A DNA stretch of 21,128 nucleotides from assembly GCA_012033355.1 (NCBI GenBank), contig JAAUQZ010000074.1, forward strand, positions 1 to 21,128, written 5' to 3'. This DNA is from Leptolyngbyaceae cyanobacterium RM1_406_9 (lineage in GTDB: Bacteria > Cyanobacteriota > Cyanobacteriia > Elainellales > Elainellaceae). The notes below the pieces were generated by a model that searched no databases, was not told where the DNA came from, and worked only from the letters and a program-made list of their open reading frames with translations. Of the stretch, positions 15,405 to 21,128 are shown in pieces. Position numbers and translations under genes: made by a program. Each line of letters starts with the position of its first letter. Position 1 is the stretch's first letter.

Positions 15405-16547
15405 TTAGTTTGGTTGCGAATCTGGATAATCGAGATATTTCAAATCACCTATGGATATAGAGCGCAACCCTGATTTCTCTTCTAGAAAGATTGCTCCATT
15501 TTTGATCAACTCAATCTTCAGCTTCTCAGGTACTCCAAGATTTTGACCAAACTTAGCAAGCTCCACGTTTGCCTCCTCTAAGGCTGCGTTTCTCAGGTTA
15601 GCGCCCTGCAAATCAGCGCCCTGTAAGTTAGCACCTTGCAGGTTAGCGCCTTGCAAATCAGCACCTCGCATATTGGTTTCCCGCAGTTGAGCATTGTTTA
15701 GATCAACACAACTCAAGATACTGCTGCTTAAATCAGCAAAGCTCAAATCACTTTCACCTAAGTTAGCAAGACTCAAGTTAGCGCCTCGAAGATCTGCGTA
15801 TCTCAAATCAGCCCCGCTGAGTTTAGTGAAACTAAGCGAAGCACACGTTAATATGGCTCTTTGCAGATTGCAACGCCGCAAATCGGCTCCTCGTAAAACA
15901 GCGCTGCTCAAATCAACTCCCTCCAGGTTTTTGTCTTGCAGCTTGCGAGTAGCCAGGTCATTTCTAGTGTCAATTCCAAACAAATTCAAATCGAACTTGC
16001 CCTTCATCTGCAAACTGTCGTCTAACTCCTTAAAATCCTGCAAATTGCTGGTTAACAGGATAGGTCGCTCTGGATTCTGGAAAAGCTCCTCCAAATTTTG
16101 GCGCTTGGTAAAATCATTCGCTGTTAAAACCGACAGATTAGCGCCAGCAAAGTTGTTGGGATAAAGGGTGATGATTGCACTAAGGTTCTTGGCGCTTGCA
16201 CAGGCTACCTCAACCGCACAATCGGTGTTTTGAATGCAAGACTGACGGGCTTCTTCTATGGATTTTGAGGTGATGTAAATGATGCGATCGCGCAAAAACA
16301 CCCTGATCATAGACACTGCCTCCTGACCTGCTTGCTCATCGAGTTTGCTGAGATAAAACCCAACTTTCTGCAAGCAATAGTCTGTAATATAGGCTCGAAT
16401 CTTTTGAAGTTGAACTAGCTGCAAAAGCTCCTCAGTATCTTCTATACATTTACTGGAATTGGTGAAGTACTGCAAAATCACATCAGTACTAATCAAAACT
16501 CCTATTTTTAGCGAATCTTCACAGGAACCAGGTAAAGACTGATTCAT
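15405..16547 (-). CDS. PIN-like N-terminal domain fused to a pentapeptide-repeat beta-helix domain
   Basis: 380 aa. Residues 15-140 or so show a PIN_3-like pattern: IGVLISTDVIL (Asp22), AYITDYCLQKV (Asp56), NTDCAVEVACASAKNLSAIIT (Asp109), with the usual fourth acidic position read as LYPNNF. Residues 198-332 or so hold about 25 A(D/N)Lxx pentapeptides (ADLRGANLSLANLGESDLSFADL...GADLQGANLQGANLQGADLQGANL). The last 50 aa or so are unassigned. Confidence 0.8.
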   Translation of the reverse strand: MNQSLPGSCEDSLKIGVLISTDVILQYFTNSSKCIEDTEELLQLVQLQKIRAYITDYCLQKVGFYLSKLDEQAGQEAVSMIRVFLRDRIIYITSKSIEEARQSCIQNTDCAVEVACASAKNLSAIITLYPNNFAGANLSVLTANDFTKRQNLEELFQNPERPILLTSNLQDFKELDDSLQMKGKFDLNLFGIDTRNDLATRKLQDKNLEGVDLSSAVLRGADLRRCNLQRAILTCASLSFTKLSGADLRYADLRGANLSLANLGESDLSFADLSSSILSCVDLNNAQLRETNMRGADLQGANLQGANLQGADLQGANLRNAALEEANVELAKFGQNLGVPEKLKIELIKNGAIFLEEKSGLRSISIGDLKYLDYPDSQPN

Positions 16548-16621
16548 ACTGCACTCCTACAAAAATCTAAGAACAGCGCTGCTGAGTTTTCAACAACGCC
16601 AAAACTTAATTTCTTTCTTTG

Positions 16622-16918
16622 TTACTTAGATCCCCATCGCTGACGCATCTCTCGCAAATCTTCTAAGGAGAAACTTCCAGCTTTTGTATCGTCTGCTTCG
16701 GGGTCTGGAACGTATTCAATTAACTGCTGAAGGTCGCAGCCTAACACCTCACACAACTTTAGGAACTTCTCGATCTGATCCACTCCCGACTTTCCACTTT
16801 CCCAATTCTGAATGGTGTTTGTGGTGACACCCACAAGAACAGCCAATTGAGCCTGAGTTAAGCCCGTCTTATCTCTAAGAGTTGCGATCCTCGAAACGGC
16901 CTTTTTGCGTTCAGACAT
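16622..16918 (-). CDS. XRE-family (HTH_3) transcriptional regulator, putative antitoxin or repressor of the downstream PIN-like gene
   Basis: 98 aa. LRDKTGLTQAQLAVLVGVTTNTIQNWESGK is a textbook Cro/C1-type HTH. The gene lies 74 nt upstream of, and co-oriented with, 15405-16547. Confidence 0.85.
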   Translation of the reverse strand: MSERKKAVSRIATLRDKTGLTQAQLAVLVGVTTNTIQNWESGKSGVDQIEKFLKLCEVLGCDLQQLIEYVPDPEADDTKAGSFSLEDLREMRQRWGSK

Positions 16919-17014
16919 GATTACCTACTGTATTAGTTCCCCAAAAAAATTTAGTAGTCTATCACACAAAAAATATTTTGCCCTCAATCAGGTTAACATA
17001 TTGTGCAGATTGGC

Positions 17015-17034
17015 AAACCAAAAATTTTTGGTTT
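17015..17034. promoter_or_regulatory. 20-bp perfect palindrome in the divergent promoter region (candidate operator)
   Basis: AAACCAAAAATTTTTGGTTT is exactly self-complementary. It lies 97 nt upstream of the XRE start at 16918 and 32 nt upstream of the ATG at 17066. Confidence 0.45.
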
Positions 17035-17065
17035 ATTATGTTAGTGCGACTATTGGGTTAGGTTT

Positions 17066-17260
17066 ATGAGAGAATCTTCACAGTTGTTTTCCCCTGCTGC
17101 TAAAGAAATTCCTGAAGCTCTACCTTCCCCCTGTTCTCCAAGTTCAGATGTTCTCACTGAGATTGAACCTTTTCTGGAGCAGGGAGGTCCGTTGGTCTTC
17201 ATGCTGTTACTCTGCCTGCTGCTTCAGCTTTTGATTCGCTTTGTGAAGGTCTGTAAGTAA
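17066..17260 (+). CDS. Possible small membrane protein (64 aa, C-terminal TM helix)
   Basis: The ORF has a hydrophobic C-terminus (GGPLVFMLLLCLLLQLLIRFV) and lies just upstream of the NfeD-like ORF. I recognise no family. Confidence 0.3.
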   Translation: MRESSQLFSPAAKEIPEALPSPCSPSSDVLTEIEPFLEQGGPLVFMLLLCLLLQLLIRFVKVCK

Positions 17261-17323
17261 GAGCAGCAATTCCAGTTCAATTTCAACCCAATGCAACTCT
17301 AAATTTTCTAGATAGGACGGTGC

Positions 17324-17542
17324 ATGATGTCACCCTTTAACAAGGCTCCAATGCAACCTTATTTCTGCTCCTTTGATAATGAAGCGGTGGTGGGCGAGGT
17401 AGTTCAACAGGGAAAGATTTGGCGGGTCAAATATGAGGGAACCTGGTGGACTGCTCGCAGTGTGCAGCCATTAATCCTCAACCCGGGCGATGTGGTTTAC
17501 GTGGTGGGTAGGCAAAGAATTACGCTGATCATTCAGCCTTAA
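17324..17542 (+). CDS. NfeD-like OB-fold protein (C-terminal domain only)
   Basis: GKIWRVKYEGTWWTARS....L.PGDVVYVVGRQRITLIIQP fits the NfeD C-terminal pattern (G.V.f.G..W.A.s....i..G..V.V....G..L.V.P). Confidence 0.6.
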   Translation: MMSPFNKAPMQPYFCSFDNEAVVGEVVQQGKIWRVKYEGTWWTARSVQPLILNPGDVVYVVGRQRITLIIQP

Positions 17543-17612
17543 CCCTCACTCTATTTAAGGTGCGATGCTGACTCGTCGTGCTAAGCAGTTGACCCTTTCA
17601 ACAGTTAGCCAT

Positions 17613-18272
17613 TCAAGATGTCAATTTTCTGAAGGTTAATGCAATAAAGGTATAGTCTTTGTCGTACCAGGTGACTGTTTTATCCTTACAGGGCGGGATG
17701 GCAGTATTTTGCTTAAGTTCAAAGCCACAGGTTTGGGCGATCGCGATCGCCTCCTCTATCTCTGCTTTTGAAAAAATCTGCCAGGAAAGCCCAAAGGGTC
17801 GAATGGAAGAAGCTATCTCTACTTTGTCTTTCCAGTAATCAGTGGTTACAAAGAGCATTCCACCGGGCTTAAGAATTCGGTGAGCTTCGTGAAAAAAGGC
17901 TTTCAAATCAACTCCGTGTTCAATCACAGAAATACTAACGGCCCCATCAAAGGATTGCTCAGTGAACGAAGTGTTCATTAGATCTCCCTGAGCAAGCTTG
18001 TAGGGCAGTGTGGAAGAAGCTTGAGGAAGATGCAAATCAATCCCAGATAAGTCACTGAAACCCAGCGCCGCTAAAAACTTAAGCGTGCAGCAATCTCCAC
18101 AGCCCAGGTCTAGAATCGCCGACGAATTTGGCGTGTGCAGAAGTTCTTGAGCCAGCAAAAACTGATCCCAATTTTTCTGTACAGTGATGTGAGTCGGCAA
18201 CCCCTGACGCTGTAAAGATAACGTCGCTTTTCCAATATCTAACCAGCTTTGTAGAACCTCAATCATGCTCAA
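17613..18272 (-). CDS. Class I SAM-dependent methyltransferase
   Basis: ILDLGCGDC is motif I, DLSGIDL is the motif II acidic residue, FDGAVSISVIEH is present, and LKPGGMLFVTT is the post-motif III segment. Confidence 0.85.
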   Translation of the reverse strand: MSMIEVLQSWLDIGKATLSLQRQGLPTHITVQKNWDQFLLAQELLHTPNSSAILDLGCGDCCTLKFLAALGFSDLSGIDLHLPQASSTLPYKLAQGDLMNTSFTEQSFDGAVSISVIEHGVDLKAFFHEAHRILKPGGMLFVTTDYWKDKVEIASSIRPFGLSWQIFSKAEIEEAIAIAQTCGFELKQNTAIPPCKDKTVTWYDKDYTFIALTFRKLTS

Positions 18273-18795
18273 TGCTCAAAAGCAAAAAAGGACTTTGAGT
18301 GACTCAGTTTCCCCCTTTGCAAAGCTACGACGTACACACAAGTTCTTGCAAGTTCTGGTTAAATCATCTGAGGACAGTTTGTATAGTAGTTACCAAACTT
18401 TACTTTTCATTAACAATCTTGATTCTAAAGCTCATAAGCATTTATACTTAGGTATAACGATTTGCAGAAGATTCTGCGCCATCTCAGGTGTTTCTAGACT
18501 TTATTAAGAGTGCAGAGGCGATGTTGTTTTTTGAAGATTTGTATCTTGACGGGCAAAGTCCCTCAGGAATCAAAACCTCAAAGCCCACATACAGCGTCAT
18601 AGGATCAAAAACTAGACAAAGGCGAGACGGCATTTCCTGTGGTTCTCCGTCCATTGAGATCTATCCTGTGTGTAATGCGGCATAGCGATCGCCATCTGCT
18701 CCCAATAACTTAACTGTTTGCCAGAAGTCGTCAGTGACGATGTTGCCTCTAGAAGTGCCCATCTCAAAGAACTGCCCACCTAAAGAAAATTAGCC

Positions 18796-20715
18796 ATGAC
18801 TATTGCTAAAGCCAAAACCAGCTTCCCCATTGACTTAGGCGCTTACAAGCCAATCGCCCTTGACCCGACTAACCCCACGTTGACCAGTGACCAGCGGAAC
18901 GCATTAAAGGCAAATATTGAGCTTTGCCGCGATGCGATCGTGTTTTTTACCGCAACTGGAGCGGCGAGAGGCGTAGGCGGACACACAGGCGGACCCTACG
19001 ACACAGTGCCCGAAGTGGTGATTTTGGATGCATTCTTTCGAGGATCGCCTGACAAGTTTGTGCCAATTTTCTTTGATGAGGCAGGGCACCGCGTTGCTAC
19101 TCAATATTTGATGGCCGCGATTCATGGGGAACTGCCTGTAGAGCGACTCACTCAATATCGCGCTGCTCATGCAGAATTGCCTGGACACCCAGAGCTAGGG
19201 CTGACTCCTGGCGTAAAGTTTAGCTCTGGACGGCTGGGGCACGTCTGGCCCTACGTGAATGGGGTGGCGATCGCCAAGCCCGGTAAGGTCGTTTTCTGCC
19301 TCGGCTCTGACGGCTCTCAACAGGAAGGCAACGATGCAGAAGCCGCCCGTCTAGCAGTCGCGCAAGGTCTTAACGTCAAACTGCTGATTGACGATAACGA
19401 TGTCACCATTGCTGGACATCCTTCTGAATATTTGAAGGGTTTTAGCGTCGGTAAGGTGCTAGAAGGACACGGCTTAGAGGTAAACGAAGGCGACCCAGAA
19501 GATCTCGATGATCTGTATCGCCGGATGTGTGCCGCTGTCACTACCGATGGCCCCGTTGCTCTAATTAACAAGCGTAAAATGTGCGTCGGTATTGAAGGGC
19601 TGGAAGGCTCAACGCACGGGCATGATGTGATTTCTGTGGAGTTGGCGATCGCTTACCTGGAGTCTCGCAAGCAGACTGAAGCCGCCGAGTTCCTAAAGAA
19701 CATTCAAAAGCCCAAAAATCCTTATACATACCTCGGCTCTGGCAGCAAGCAAGGCTCTAACCGCAACGTATTTGGCGAAGCCGTTGTCTCCATTCTCGGC
19801 CGCATGAGTGAGACAGAGCGCAAGGAGAAAGTACTGTGTATCGACAGTGACCTGGAAGGCTCCTGTGGACTCAAAGCCATTCACCAGGCATACCCCGAAA
19901 TCTTCATTAGCTCTGGCATCATGGAGCGGGGCAACTTCTCCGCTGCGGCTGGCTTTGGCATGGAGAAAGGAAAACAGGGCATCTTCGCTACCTTCAGCGC
20001 CTTCCTGGAAATGTGCATTTCTGAAATCACAATGGCGCGACTCAACTACTCCAACGTCCTCTGCCACTTCTCACACTCTGGCGTAGACGACATGGCAGAC
20101 AATACCTGTCACTTTGGACTGAACAACCTATTTGCCGATAACGGACTGGATGATGGCTACGAAACGCGACTCTACTTTCCTGCCGATGCAGCCCAAATGA
20201 CCGCCTGTGTTGAGGCTGTCTTTAACCAGCCGGGTTTACGCTTCATCTTTTCCACCCGTTCCAAAACACCTAACATTTTGGATGCAGATGGAAATGACCT
20301 GTACGGCGAAGGCTATACCTTTGTCCCAGGCAAAGATGAAGTGGTGCGCGAAGGTACAGCAGGCTACATCGTTAGCTTTGGTGAGTCGCTCTATCGCGCC
20401 CTGGATGCCGTTGAGAAACTGAAACAGCAGGGAATTGATGTCGGTTTAATCAACAAACCCACGCTGAATGTGGTTGATGAAGAAACAATCGCCAAAGTTG
20501 GCGCATCCCCGTTTGTCTTAGTGACTGAAGCCTTCAACCGTCGCACCGGACTGGGCAGCCGCTTTGGTTCCTGGCTGCTAGAGCGCGGACTGACTCCCAA
20601 GTTTGCTCACCTGGGTACTCACAAAGAAGGCTGTGGCGGTTTATGGGAACAGTTTCCTCATCAAGGCATTGACCCCGATGGCATTATTAGCAAGGTGAAG
20701 GAATTGGTTGGCTAA
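18796..20715 (+). CDS. Transketolase-family thiamine-diphosphate enzyme (single-chain fusion of the split N- and C-terminal transketolase sections)
   Basis: 639 aa. GSDGSQQEGNDAEAARLAVAQGLNVKLLIDDND is a GDG-x(25-30)-N-type TPP motif. GRLGHVWPYVNGVAIA resembles the tGsLGqG segment of split transketolases. The central IMERGNFSAAAGFG is the Pyr domain, and a C-terminal domain follows (DVGLINKPTLN). Confidence 0.8.
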   Translation: MTIAKAKTSFPIDLGAYKPIALDPTNPTLTSDQRNALKANIELCRDAIVFFTATGAARGVGGHTGGPYDTVPEVVILDAFFRGSPDKFVPIFFDEAGHRVATQYLMAAIHGELPVERLTQYRAAHAELPGHPELGLTPGVKFSSGRLGHVWPYVNGVAIAKPGKVVFCLGSDGSQQEGNDAEAARLAVAQGLNVKLLIDDNDVTIAGHPSEYLKGFSVGKVLEGHGLEVNEGDPEDLDDLYRRMCAAVTTDGPVALINKRKMCVGIEGLEGSTHGHDVISVELAIAYLESRKQTEAAEFLKNIQKPKNPYTYLGSGSKQGSNRNVFGEAVVSILGRMSETERKEKVLCIDSDLEGSCGLKAIHQAYPEIFISSGIMERGNFSAAAGFGMEKGKQGIFATFSAFLEMCISEITMARLNYSNVLCHFSHSGVDDMADNTCHFGLNNLFADNGLDDGYETRLYFPADAAQMTACVEAVFNQPGLRFIFSTRSKTPNILDADGNDLYGEGYTFVPGKDEVVREGTAGYIVSFGESLYRALDAVEKLKQQGIDVGLINKPTLNVVDEETIAKVGASPFVLVTEAFNRRTGLGSRFGSWLLERGLTPKFAHLGTHKEGCGGLWEQFPHQGIDPDGIISKVKELVG

Positions 20716-20737
20716 TTGATATCGGTGAAGTGAGTTG

Positions 20738-20773
20738 AAAAGAGGGTGGGCATTGCTCACTCTCTTTTTTTTT
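20738..20773 (+). terminator. Rho-independent terminator of the transketolase-family gene
   Basis: GAGGGTGGGC (20742-20751), loop att, GCTCACTCTC (20755-20764; two G.U pairs), followed by nine T (20765-20773). The A-run at 20738-20741 can extend the stem. Confidence 0.75.
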
Positions 20774-20858
20774 ATAGCGCTCCGCGCTTGGATAACTAAG
20801 GGTTGTTTTGTGAGAGCCGCGCGGAGCGCGGCTCTCACAACCCATTTAGGATGGCTAT
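20774..20858. repeat. MITE-like hairpin element, copy 2 (same family as 243-344)
   Basis: ATAGCGCTCCGCGCTTGGATAACTAAGGGTTGTTTTGTGAGAGCCGCG-cggag-CGCGGCTCTCACAA...GGCTAT. It has the same flank orientation as copy 1, but the loop is inverted (CGGAG vs CTCCG) and the right stem arm is shorter. It is flanked by TA on both sides. Confidence 0.8.
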
Positions 20859-20876
20859 ATTCAACGAAGCTGTGGC

Positions 20877-21128
20877 ATGAAATCTGTTCTCAACAAAGGG
20901 CGGCTAACAACCTGGAAAGACGATAGAGGTTTTGGCTTCATTCAACCCGCCGATGGCAGTCAAGCAATTTTTCTGCACATCTCTGAGTTAAAAGACTCAA
21001 CTCGCCGTCCGCAAGTAGGCGATACGATTTACTACTATGCTGTAACTGAAAATGGTAAGCTTCGCGCTCACAAAGCTTTTATTTTAGGAGCAAGACGTAA
21101 GCCAACTTGGGTGCATCCCACTTTTGCA
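20877..21128 (+). CDS. Cold-shock-domain (S1-like OB) protein, 5' part; runs off the window
   Basis: My hand translation from ATG 20877 gives MKSVLNKGRLTTWKDDRGFGFIQPADGSQAIFLHISELKDSTRRPQVGDTIYYYAVTENGKLRAHKAFILGARRKPTWVHPTFA..., with no stop before the window end. It contains the RGFGFI RNP1-like motif and the FLHIS motif of CSD proteins. Confidence 0.75.
   Translation, partial: MKSVLNKGRLTTWKDDRGFGFIQPADGSQAIFLHISELKDSTRRPQVGDTIYYYAVTENGKLRAHKAFILGARRKPTWVHPTFA
21108..21128. repeat. Start of a second copy of the 9798-9939 palindromic element (truncated by the window edge)
   Basis: TGGGTGCATCCCACTTTTGCA is the exact reverse complement of 9919-9939. Confidence 0.7.

Noticed and set aside
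18265-18685. ORFs 18265..18507 and 18488..18685 in the methyltransferase/transketolase spacer; also a possible TPP riboswitch
   Set aside because: The ORFs are AT-rich, have no motifs, and partly overlap each other. I could not find the conserved TPP-riboswitch core sequences, so no riboswitch call is made.
1-21128. tRNA, rRNA, tmRNA, RNase P or 6S RNA genes
   Set aside because: I scanned the intergenic regions by eye for T-loop (GGTTCGAAT-like) and other hallmark motifs on both strands and found none. A covariance-model scan would be needed to exclude them formally.

Overview
The window is a cyanobacterial chromosomal segment. The octamer GCGATCGC (HIP1) occurs more than 30 times by eye, and ntcA, psbH and psbN are all present. 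Positions 770-9090 are a housekeeping block: nei, hisB, fabI, ntcA, a DUF3084-like coiled-coil protein, a YqgF/RuvX-like nuclease, pth, tatA, psbH and psbN (psbN is absent from the ORF track). The block is interrupted and bracketed by several families of short hairpin-rich dispersed repeats. Positions 9200-18300 look accessory. They hold repeat debris, a Uma2 (DUF820) nuclease, and a STAND (NB-ARC-like) NTPase with 14 WD40 repeats whose N-terminal HTH domain sits on a separate overlapping ORF, split in a C-rich tract. They also hold a Cys-less AhpC/TSA_2-like thioredoxin-fold protein, a two-gene XRE-HTH plus PIN-like/pentapeptide-repeat fusion module, a small membrane ORF plus NfeD-like OB protein, and a SAM methyltransferase. 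The window ends with a fused transketolase-family TPP enzyme and the start of a cold-shock-domain protein. The left edge carries a decayed HigA-like antitoxin gene interrupted by a MITE-like hairpin element. The best candidates for an undescribed system are the XRE + PIN-like-pentapeptide module (15405-17034) and the Uma2 / split HTH-STAND-WD40 / thioredoxin-like island (10104-15309). All family assignments come from reading motifs by eye; no database search was run.
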